Part shown: positions 9,577 to 18,200 of the stretch, one piece after another
Layout of the letters: every line of letters starts with the position of its first letter
Numbering within the stretch: position 1 is the first letter of the stretch
Source of the DNA: Acidimicrobiales bacterium
GTDB lineage: Bacteria; Actinomycetota; Acidimicrobiia; Acidimicrobiales; DATDAH01
Direction: 5' to 3'
Assembly: GCA_044221555.1 (NCBI GenBank)
Contig: JBGAOY010000012.1
Span: 5,055-69,054 of the forward strand
Length of the DNA stretch: 64,000 nt
Position numbers and translations under genes: made by a program
The notes under the pieces: model-generated
The model's database searches: none
What the model saw: the letters and a program-made list of their open reading frames with translations, nothing else
What the model was told of the DNA's origin: nothing

Positions 9577-10530
9577 GTGACCCCAACGGCCACGGCCGTG
9601 GTCGAGACGCGGCGGCTCACGAAGCGGTTCGGGGTCATCGAGGCGGTGGTCGATCTCGACCTGAGCGTGGAGGCCGGTGAGGTGTTCGGGTTCCTCGGGC
9701 CGAACGGGGCCGGCAAGACCACCACCACCCGCCTGCTGCTCGACGCCATCCGGCCCACCGCGGGGTCGGCCACCGTGTTGGGTGGCACCGCGGCCGATCC
9801 CGAGGTGCGCCGACGCATCGGCGTGCTGCCCGCCGACCTGCACTTCGACGCCCGGCTGACCGGTCACGAGCTGTTCCGGTACCTCGCCGACCTGCGGGGC
9901 GGCCTGCCCGCGCACGCCGTCGACCGGCTCTGCGAGCGGTTCGCGCTCGACCCCGGCCGCCGCATCGACGAGCTCAGCACGGGCAACCGGCGCAAGGTCG
10001 GCATCGTGGCCGCCTTCGCCCACCACCCCGAGCTCCTCGTGCTGGACGAGCCCACCAGCGGTCTCGACCCGATCATGCAGGAGGAGTTCCACGACCTCGT
10101 CCGCGAGCGGAACGCCGACGGTGCCACGATCTTCCTCAGCTCGCACCTCCTGCCCGAGGTGCAGGAGATGGCCGACCGGGTGGGCCTGATACGCGACGGC
10201 CGCCTCATCGCGGTCAAGACGGTGGCAGACCTGCTCCGCCAGCGCCTGCAGCACCTCGAGATCGAGCTGCCGGACACGCCACCGGCCGGCGCCTTCGCCG
10301 GCGTGCCCGGTGTCGTCGACGCCGCGGTCACCGGGAAGGTCGTGCTGCTGTCGGTCGAAGGCCCGGTGCACCCCGCTTTGGCCCGTGCCGCCGAGCTCCG
10401 GGCCGAGCGCCTCACGAGCCGCCAGCCCGACCTCGAAGCGGTGTTCCTCGACATCTATCGTCCTGGCAACGGCGGGGGCGCTCGCCCCGCGGGTGGTGTC
10501 CCGGCCGGTGACGAGGGGGATGCGCCATGA
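9577..10530 (+). CDS. ABC transporter ATP-binding protein (ABC-2 type exporter)
   Basis: Walker A GPNGAGKTT, signature LSTGNRRK, Walker B LLVLDEPTSGLD. Confidence 0.9.
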   Translation: MTPTATAVVETRRLTKRFGVIEAVVDLDLSVEAGEVFGFLGPNGAGKTTTTRLLLDAIRPTAGSATVLGGTAADPEVRRRIGVLPADLHFDARLTGHELFRYLADLRGGLPAHAVDRLCERFALDPGRRIDELSTGNRRKVGIVAAFAHHPELLVLDEPTSGLDPIMQEEFHDLVRERNADGATIFLSSHLLPEVQEMADRVGLIRDGRLIAVKTVADLLRQRLQHLEIELPDTPPAGAFAGVPGVVDAAVTGKVVLLSVEGPVHPALARAAELRAERLTSRQPDLEAVFLDIYRPGNGGGARPAGGVPAGDEGDAP

Positions 10531-11345
10531 GCGCGCACCGCGCGGTCACGGTCGCCCGCCGCCTGCTGGTCGATCGCCGCCGCTCGCTGCTCTGGTGGAG
10601 CGTGGCGTTCGTGGTGTTCATCGAGATCAACCTGGTCTTCTACCCGAGCGTGAAGGGCCAGGACGACTTCGACCGGATGATGGAGCAGATGCCCGAGAGC
10701 CTGCGGGTGTTGTCCGGCATCACCGAGAACACCTCCATCACCTCGCCCATCGGCTACCTGCAGGGCCAGGTGTTCGCGATGTGGTTCCCCCTGTTGCTGC
10801 TCATCTTCGGCGTGGGACTGGCGGCCAACGCGATCGCGGGCGCCGAGCAGGCCGGCACCCTCGAGTACCTGCTCACGCTGCCGGTGCGGCGGCGCGAGGT
10901 GGCGGCCGGGCGGATCGGCGCCCTCGTCACGCTGCTGCTGGTGATGGCGGTGATCGGGACGGCCTCGCTCGTCATCACCGACCCGCTCGTGGGGCTCGAC
11001 GAGGGCATCTCGTACCCCAACCTGCTCGCCGCCTGCGTGGAAGGGTTGCTGCTGGCGCTCGTGTTCGCGTCGCTCGCGTTCGCGGTGGGCGCGGCGACGG
11101 GTCGCAAGGCGGAGGCCATCGCGGTGGCCAGCGCCGCCGCCGCGGCGGCGTTCCTCCTCAACGGCTTCGGTGACCTGATCGACCTGCTCGGGACGCTGCG
11201 AGTGGTGTCACCGTGGCACTGGTACGTGGGCAGCGAGCCGCTGGTGAACGGCTTCACCCTGTTCAGCACCGTGCCCCCGTTGCTCACGTCGGCGGTGCTC
11301 TTGGCGATCGGCGTCTGGGCGTTCGACCGCCGCGATCTGCGCTGA
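10527..11345 (+). CDS. ABC-2 family transporter permease
   Basis: ATGA overlap with the ATPase gene. About six hydrophobic segments and 272 aa. Confidence 0.8.
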   Translation: MSAHRAVTVARRLLVDRRRSLLWWSVAFVVFIEINLVFYPSVKGQDDFDRMMEQMPESLRVLSGITENTSITSPIGYLQGQVFAMWFPLLLLIFGVGLAANAIAGAEQAGTLEYLLTLPVRRREVAAGRIGALVTLLLVMAVIGTASLVITDPLVGLDEGISYPNLLAACVEGLLLALVFASLAFAVGAATGRKAEAIAVASAAAAAAFLLNGFGDLIDLLGTLRVVSPWHWYVGSEPLVNGFTLFSTVPPLLTSAVLLAIGVWAFDRRDLR

Positions 11346-11408
11346 GCCCGGCGATGTCGTTCCCGCCACGCTGCTTCATCAGGCGGGCCGGACTGCCGAA
11401 GGCTTCTG

Positions 11409-14195
11409 GTGCGGCCTCACGACGTCCTGACCGGTGACCTCGAGCGTGCCGATCGGATGCCCGACGATGTCGAGCGTGGTGGCCTCCTCCTCGATGACCT
11501 GCTCCTCGATGTGCGCACACTCGTTCCACTGGCTCGCCTGCAGGCCGACCGAGCCGAGTGGCTGGACACGCTCTTCCTGCTCGCGGCGATCACCCAGGTG
11601 CTCGATGACGGTCTCCACCGGAGCCGTACGTGGACGAAGCGGCTGACCGAGCACCTCGAGCGGGGCCATGGACGACCGGGCCGGGCGGTCGCCGTCGCCA
11701 CCCAGGGGATGAGCGCGGTCCGGGGTCGCCTCGACGAGACCGGTCGGCGGCACCGTGAGCTCGTCGACCGGCGCGATCAGATCGTGGGGATCACGGTGCG
11801 CGTGGCCGAGGTGGTGCTCGGGCAAGACGAAGCGTCCGATGGGCTCGGACCGGCGGTGGCGGCGGTCCTGGGGGGGACCTGGTCAGAGGAGCTGGACGGC
11901 GTGCTGACCGTCCCCTCGTGTTTCCGCGGTTTCGACCAGCACCCGGTCGACATGGTCGCCCTCGCCCACGACATCGCCCAGCGCCAACCCGACCGCTCCC
12001 GGTCGGTCACGGTCTTCGGCGTTCGCACGTCCGGCTCCTACCTCGCTCCGCTCCTCGCCGCGGCGCTCCGGGCCGAGGGGTACGCCACGGAGGCGTCCGC
12101 CCTGCGACCGACCGACCACCTCGACCGCGGGCAGCGCGCGGCGGTCAAGCGTCTCGGGGACCGCGGCCTGGCCGTCGTGGTCGACGACCCTCCGGTGTCG
12201 GGCGGTGCCCTGGCGGACAGTGCCGATCTCGTGATCGCCTGCGGGATCGCGCCGTCGCAGGTGCTCATCGCGATCGGGGTCGACGATCCCCACGCCAGTG
12301 TGCCGCCCGCCCTCGAGGGGCGACCGGTGGTGGTGCTGCCTGGCGAGCGCTGGCATCTGGCCGGCCGGTTCTCGGCCAGTGCGGTGCACGCGACGCTCCA
12401 GTGTCTCCTCGGCCCCGGCCCGACGGTGGCCGAGGTGGAGGCGATCGACTGGCCGGGGCCTCCGCACCCCGAGGTCGCGGCGACGGCGCGGCGCCGACAC
12501 GGGCGGGGTGCCTATCGGGTCGTGCTCCGTCACGAGGACGGGCGGGAGCAGCGTCGCACCCTGCTCGTCGAGTCGGTCGGGCCGGGCCTGTTCGGCGGGC
12601 ACGCGCTGGCCGTGGCCCGTCGCCTCCACGGCTTCGTGCCGGAATCCCTCGCGTTGGTCGACGGATGCCACTACCAGTGGCTCCCGGACGAGGTGGCCCC
12701 AGGCGCTCACCTGGTCCCGGTCGACCCGTCCTCCCTCACGGGCTACCTCGTGGCCCGCCACCGGGCGTTGCCGGTGGAGGTCGACCGTACCCTCGCCTTG
12801 GAGGGCCGCCAGTCGGTCTGGGAGGTGGCGGCCGAGGTGCTGAGCGACGCCCTCGGACCGGCGGGAACGGCCTTGCGGCCCCGTGTGGTGGGCCCGGCGG
12901 TGCGCAGGATCCTCGCGGTGCCCGCACCGTCGATCATCGACGGTCGCATGGACCTCGACGCGTTCCTCCTGTCATCCGAGCGGGCACCGGTGGTGAAGCT
13001 GGCGGCCTCGGAGGGAGCGTTCAGCCACCGTGACCTTGCCTCCTATGATCCCGCGTTCGACGTGGCGGCGGTGGCCGACTCGCCGATCGGCTCCGCCGTG
13101 CGCCGCGGGTGGGAGGACGTGGTCGGCCGGCACATCGAGCCCGAGCGGTGGCTGCTCCTCCGGTTGGTGCACGGATGGGACCGCCGGCGTCACGGCGCGT
13201 CGTCGGCCGCCACGCGCGACGCGGCCCGACGGGCGCTGCAGGACTACCTGGGTGAGGTGGCGCTCTCGGGGCTGCCCGAGCCCGGACCGCAGGCGCCGGT
13301 CGCCGCCCTCGACGTCGACGGCGTGCTGGAGACCTACGTCCTCGGGACCGGCGCGCCGGGCCTCGACGGCATCCTGGCCCTGCGGGCCCTGCTCGCGCAC
13401 GGCCACCGGGTGGTGCTGGCGACGGGCCGCTCGGCGCCGGATGTGGCGGCTCGCCTTGCCGCCTGGAACCTGCCGGTGGGCGTGGCCGAGTACGGGGCTG
13501 CGCTCGTGGACGGCGCTTCCGGCGTCGTGACGGACCTGCGCGACGAGCGGGACCGGGTGACCATGGCCTCGGTCCGCGAGGCCGTGGCGGCGATCGACGG
13601 CGTCCGGATCGACCCGGACTACGTCCACATCGTGCGGGCCTACCGCGAGTCGGCGGGCGGGCGCACCGGATTGACCGATGCCGACCTCCGGCGCGTACGT
13701 CGGGCCCTCTCAGAACCAGATGCGCTCACCGTCGTGCCGGGCGAGGACCAGACCGACCTCACGCCCGTCGCCTGCACGAAGGCGAGTGGGCTGCGTGCGG
13801 CGCTGAGCTCGGACATCTCGCCGGTCGTCCCGCGAGTCGGCGAACCGAGGGGCGTCCCACTGGCGCTGGCGGTCGGCGATGGCCCGGCTGATCTGGGGAT
13901 GCTCGCTCTGGCCGAGCGGGCCGTGGTTCCCCGGCACGCCCGGGCCTTGGCCCGTGATGCCGCGCGGGAGGTCGTCGTGGCCCGGCACGCCTACCAGGCG
14001 GGTCTTGCCGAGGCGGTGGCCGGCTCGGTCGGCCACGAGCCCGGTGGGTGCCCGACCTGTGCGCTCGACCTGAGCCCCGCGGCCCGGTTCGTGCTCGCCA
14101 CCCTCTCGCTGCGGGCGGCGGGGCCCGCGGCCATCGGACCTCGGCTGGCCGCGGTGGCGACGACGGCGGCGGCCGTGTGCCGCGCCGGCGGCTGA
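11409..14195 (+). CDS. multidomain protein: PRTase-like domain + central HRD-containing region + C-terminal HAD-IIB phosphatase; start codon uncertain
   Basis: PRPP-loop-like LAVVVDDPPVSGGAL. HAD motifs are LDVDGVLE (nt 13308..13331), VLATGRS, TKASGL and AVGDGPADLGML. The first ~180 nt have better GC3 on the opposite strand; alternative in-frame starts are GTG 11598 and ATG 11709. Confidence 0.65.
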   Translation: MRPHDVLTGDLERADRMPDDVERGGLLLDDLLLDVRTLVPLARLQADRAEWLDTLFLLAAITQVLDDGLHRSRTWTKRLTEHLERGHGRPGRAVAVATQGMSAVRGRLDETGRRHRELVDRRDQIVGITVRVAEVVLGQDEASDGLGPAVAAVLGGTWSEELDGVLTVPSCFRGFDQHPVDMVALAHDIAQRQPDRSRSVTVFGVRTSGSYLAPLLAAALRAEGYATEASALRPTDHLDRGQRAAVKRLGDRGLAVVVDDPPVSGGALADSADLVIACGIAPSQVLIAIGVDDPHASVPPALEGRPVVVLPGERWHLAGRFSASAVHATLQCLLGPGPTVAEVEAIDWPGPPHPEVAATARRRHGRGAYRVVLRHEDGREQRRTLLVESVGPGLFGGHALAVARRLHGFVPESLALVDGCHYQWLPDEVAPGAHLVPVDPSSLTGYLVARHRALPVEVDRTLALEGRQSVWEVAAEVLSDALGPAGTALRPRVVGPAVRRILAVPAPSIIDGRMDLDAFLLSSERAPVVKLAASEGAFSHRDLASYDPAFDVAAVADSPIGSAVRRGWEDVVGRHIEPERWLLLRLVHGWDRRRHGASSAATRDAARRALQDYLGEVALSGLPEPGPQAPVAALDVDGVLETYVLGTGAPGLDGILALRALLAHGHRVVLATGRSAPDVAARLAAWNLPVGVAEYGAALVDGASGVVTDLRDERDRVTMASVREAVAAIDGVRIDPDYVHIVRAYRESAGGRTGLTDADLRRVRRALSEPDALTVVPGEDQTDLTPVACTKASGLRAALSSDISPVVPRVGEPRGVPLALAVGDGPADLGMLALAERAVVPRHARALARDAAREVVVARHAYQAGLAEAVAGSVGHEPGGCPTCALDLSPAARFVLATLSLRAAGPAAIGPRLAAVATTAAAVCRAGG

Positions 14196-14235
14196 GAAGG
14201 CTCGCATCTGGCGCGCATCCGCCGATGGGTCCACG

Positions 14236-14670
14236 GTGGTCGTGTGGATCGTCGCCAACCTGCTGCTTGCCGTGGCCGTGGTCGTGGTGGTGCGGCGCTG
14301 GTGGATGGCACGGCTGGCCGTCGCACCGCTCGCCGACGCGCCGGCGGTCACCATTCGCGCACGCGGCTTCCATGAGGAGGCGCTCGACCGTGCCCTGCAG
14401 CGGGCACTGCGTGACACCGGCCTCGACGCCATCGACGATCACGACCCTCGGTGGAGCCACCCGCCGCCCGGGATCGTGCGGATCGCGCCTCCGCTGCTCG
14501 ACGACCGGGCCGTGGTCATCGAGGTGGCGGTCGACTCCGCGGAGGATCTGCTCGCGGGTCTGGTGAGGGCCCTGCTCGACGCGGGGTGGGAGATCAGCCG
14601 GACGAAGGGACGGAAGGTGACGCTGCGCCGGAGCGGGCTGACGGCGCGGCTGTCGGTGGCGCCGGCGTGA
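14236..14670 (+). CDS. hypothetical N-terminally membrane-anchored protein
   Basis: High GC3 frame. N-terminal hydrophobic helix VVWIVANLLLAVAVVVVV. No recognisable motif. Confidence 0.6.
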   Translation: MVVWIVANLLLAVAVVVVVRRWWMARLAVAPLADAPAVTIRARGFHEEALDRALQRALRDTGLDAIDDHDPRWSHPPPGIVRIAPPLLDDRAVVIEVAVDSAEDLLAGLVRALLDAGWEISRTKGRKVTLRRSGLTARLSVAPA

Positions 14671-14798
14671 CCCTCACGTCGCTCACCGTCGCGCGGTCGG
14701 CGCCCCCGAGGTGTGGAGGTGAGAGCGCGACGTCGTTGACCATGGCCCAGACGGTGAGCAGCAGGCCGACCACGAGGGCGTAGCGGCGGTCAACCCGG

Positions 14799-14972
14799 TC
14801 ACGCACCGCGGGCCACCAATTCAGCGACGCGGAGGAGGACCACGACGGCGAACCCGAAGGTGACCGGGACCAGCATGCGATCGAGCACCCGAAGCGCGGG
14901 CGCGTCACGGCGGGTGAGGCGTACCGCCTCGCGGGCGGCCAGCAGCACGACGAAGAGGGCGCCCGTGATCAT
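14799..14972 (-). CDS. 57-aa hydrophobic mini-protein (MITGALFVVLLAA...), coupled to upstream gene
   Basis: It forms the tail of track ORF 14799..15638. Its ATG 14972..14970 overlaps the TGA 14971..14969 of the 107-aa ORF (ATGA). Two hydrophobic segments. Confidence 0.45.
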   Translation of the reverse strand: MITGALFVVLLAAREAVRLTRRDAPALRVLDRMLVPVTFGFAVVVLLRVAELVARGA

Positions 14973-15292
14973 GGCGTGCCGGCCGGCGCGGGCTCGAGCA
15001 GCACGCCGCTCACGGTCACCCCAGCCAGGATCAGCACGGCAGGGAGCAGTCCCGATGCGCCGAACAGCAACAGCACCTCCGCCACCACCGCGTCGAGGGC
15101 GAGGCTGAGGGCCACGGCGACCGTGACCAGCTCGACCGGGCCGTGCACGGGGAGCCGGGGCGCCCATGCCAGGCCCGGGGCCACCAGGAAGAACGCCACC
15201 GCCACCGCCGCGCGGAGCGGCGCCGGCGTGAAGGGGATGGTGACCGCCACGGCCAGGCCCGTCAGGGCCAGTAGGACGCGCGCCCGGGTCAC
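14969..15292 (-). CDS. 107-aa integral membrane protein (about 3 TM), coupled to the giant upstream gene
   Basis: GTG 15292..15290 overlaps the TGA 15291..15289 of the giant ORF (GTGA). Strongly hydrophobic sequence. Confidence 0.6.
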   Translation of the reverse strand: MTRARVLLALTGLAVAVTIPFTPAPLRAAVAVAFFLVAPGLAWAPRLPVHGPVELVTVAVALSLALDAVVAEVLLLFGASGLLPAVLILAGVTVSGVLLEPAPAGTP

Positions 15293-18200
15293 GAGTCGCG
15301 CCCCGCGAGCGTGAGCACGACGGCGTCGCGGTTGCGGTAGGCCACGTCGAACCGACCCGAGGCCATGAGCCGGTCTTCCATGTCCTCGAGGAAGTGGTCG
15401 GGTCGGTAGCCCATCGCCTCGGCCTCACGCTCCTGGCTGCGGGTGATGAGCAGGTACGCGTCCGTGTCGTCGGGATCGGACATCCACCGGACCATGGTGC
15501 CCACCGGGTGGCGGGCGATGCCCTCTCGGCTGGCGAGGGTCTCGGTGTCGAGCGGGACATACCTGAAGTACTCGTAGTTGCGGAACTGGACCGGGTAGTT
15601 CGAAGAGCCTTGGATGAGCAGTGACCCTGGCGGCGCATGGTCGTCGAGCCACTCGGCGGCGGCGAGCTCCTGGTGGGTGAAGACGTAGTGGCCGTCCTTG
15701 CCGAAGTGGGCGAGCAGGAACCCCGGCAACAGCACGAGGCTCACCACGAGCGGTGCGACAGCGGCGAGACGGCCTCTCATGCGGGGGATGTCGAGGATGG
15801 CCTGGGCGCCGAACCACGCCGCCACCGGCAGAGCGAACAAGTAGACGCGGAAGAGGATCTCACCACCGAATTCGTTGGTGGCCAGGATCACCAGCGGTGC
15901 AGCACCGAGGACGGCCATCGTCATGGTGGCCTCACGGTCGCGACGCCACGCTCGCGCCATGCCGACCGCGGCGAGCAACGCGATGACCGCGACCACGCCC
16001 CGCCCCGCGAGTGCGACGAGGGCCTGACCGCCGCTCACCTTGCCGGCGTCGACCAGGCTGCCCTCGGCGTTGGCCATCGGGGACCCGAATCCCTCGAGCA
16101 CCATCTTCACGTTGGCCACGACGAAGTCGGCAGCGCCCCAGAGGGCCCAGGTCACGGTGACCACCACCGCGACGAGGGACACGACCAACAGATGGGCGCG
16201 GCGGCTCACGGTCAGGGCGATCAGCGCGACACAGAGCATCGCCGGCGTGATCTGATGGCTGGTCGCGATGGCGATGGTGAGCAGGATCACCACCAGGACG
16301 GTCAGGTCGGGGGATCCGCTTCTCGGCGCCCGGGTGCCCCTGGCCCGGGACACCCGCACCGCCAGCGACACCGCCACCAGATAGAGCAGGTAGGACAGCG
16401 CCTGGGGTGAGAAGTACTCCTGGCCCACCCAGTCGCCGAGGAGGAAGATCCACGCCGTCAGCCAGACCACCCGACGGTCGGTGGTGAACGTGCCGGCGAG
16501 GAGGCACACCCCGCCCACCGTGGCCAAGGTGACGACCAGGGGTGCCCACCGAGCGACGACGGTGACGTCGTCGGCGCCCATCCACGTCTGCAGCAGGTGG
16601 CTCCCTGCGAAGAACCCGGGCCAGTTGTGGTAGATCGGCAAGACCTCGATCCCCGGATCGACCGCGCCGTGACGGCCGATGAAGTCGACGATCCCCATGT
16701 GCTTCCATGCCCATGAATATCGGACGGTCGGGTAGATCACCGCCGGCGTCGCGAACAGCACGACGGCGAGCGCCCCGACATGGGTGGCCACGAGACCTTC
16801 GGGGAAGGGCCGGCGGGCCAGTGCGAGCGCGAAGCCGAGCGCGAGGGTGGCGACGGCCAGATAGCCCACCGGGCGTATGCCCGACACCAGGCCGGTGTCG
16901 GTGAGCGACCTCGGGTCGACGCCCGCGACACCCGCGAACCACATGAGGACGGCGACCGGTGGCACCGCCCACGCGGCGAGAGCGGTGTGGCGACGCCAGC
17001 GATGGTCCCGCGGGCGATCGGGAGCCAGGGCCGAGGTCGCCGACGCCGGTACGCGTGACGGCGACGACGGGTCGTCCGGATCGGTGGGGCCCTGCGGTCC
17101 GGACGGCACGCGCCGGTCGACCGTTCCGCGCGCCGGCGCGTTGACCAGTTCCTCGCCGAGTGCCGGAGCGCCGGTCGGGACGGGTGCAGGGGTCGCCTCC
17201 GTGGGCATCGCGAGCGCGTCGGCCACGGTGAGCACGTTGCGCGCGATCCACACCCGGTTCGCTTCGTACTGGCCCGACTTGCCCAGGTTCGCGGCGACGT
17301 GGTGCAGCCAGGCGAGCAGGACGAGCGCAGGGCGGGGCAGGTGGCTGTTCGGGCCGCGGTCGAGGACCGCGATCTCGTCCTCGTTCCAGGGACGCTGGAG
17401 GAGGGCGAGGACCACCTCGCCGAACTCCTCGGTGCGCAGCTGGGCTCGCAGGCCGGCGATGAGGCCGACGAGGTCGAGCTCGGGGAGGCGCTCGGACCGG
17501 GCGATCTCCCAGTCGACCAGGCCGGCCACCCGGCCCGACCGTTCGACCACGAGGTTCGCGGGCGACACGTCACCGTGGGTGAGTGCCACCGTCACCGCTC
17601 GACCGGCGAGCACGCGGTGCAGGGTGCGGGTGAGGTCGGCAAGCCCGGGTGCCGCATCGGGGCAGGCCGCGACCACCAGCGCAGCCGGCTCGTCCACCCA
17701 CATCCTCAGGAGCCGGTCGTCCACCGTCGTCAGCTCACCGGTGGCTCGGTGCAGGCCGAGGAGCAACTCGCCGGCACCGGCGAGCAGGCGGTCGGGGCTC
17801 ATACCACCCTCGAGTGCGGGGCCACCGGCGAGGCCGTGGAGCATGGTCTCGACCGACCACGCCTGTGGCCCGACCGTCCCGTGATCGACGAGCGCCGGTG
17901 CTGCGACCGCCCACCGCTTCGTGCGCGGGTCGCCCCGGAGCGCGACGAGCGTGGCCATCTCACGCCGTCGGCTCAACTCGGCCTCGTGGGTGCGCGGCAG
18001 CTTCAACACCAGTTCGGGTCCCGTCGGGGGGGACAGTCGTGCAATGGCCACGTCGGTCGTGACGTGGAGCAGCGACCACGACGTGGTGTCCGGTCGTGCC
18101 ACCCGCAGCAGGCCCGGGATGATCGCCGCGGCCTCCCGCCGGCACCGGCGGTCGGCGAGCCGTCCCGCCGGTGCGCCGATCCAGCGGATCATCGGTGTGG

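Noticed and set aside
14594-14908. 104-aa minus-strand ORF downstream of the mini membrane proteins.
   Set aside because: Its 5' part overlaps the better-supported 57-aa ORF in another frame, and its 3' part overlaps the end of plus gene 14236..14670. No acceptable start follows the upstream stop. There may be a short hydrophobic ORF here, but I cannot support it.
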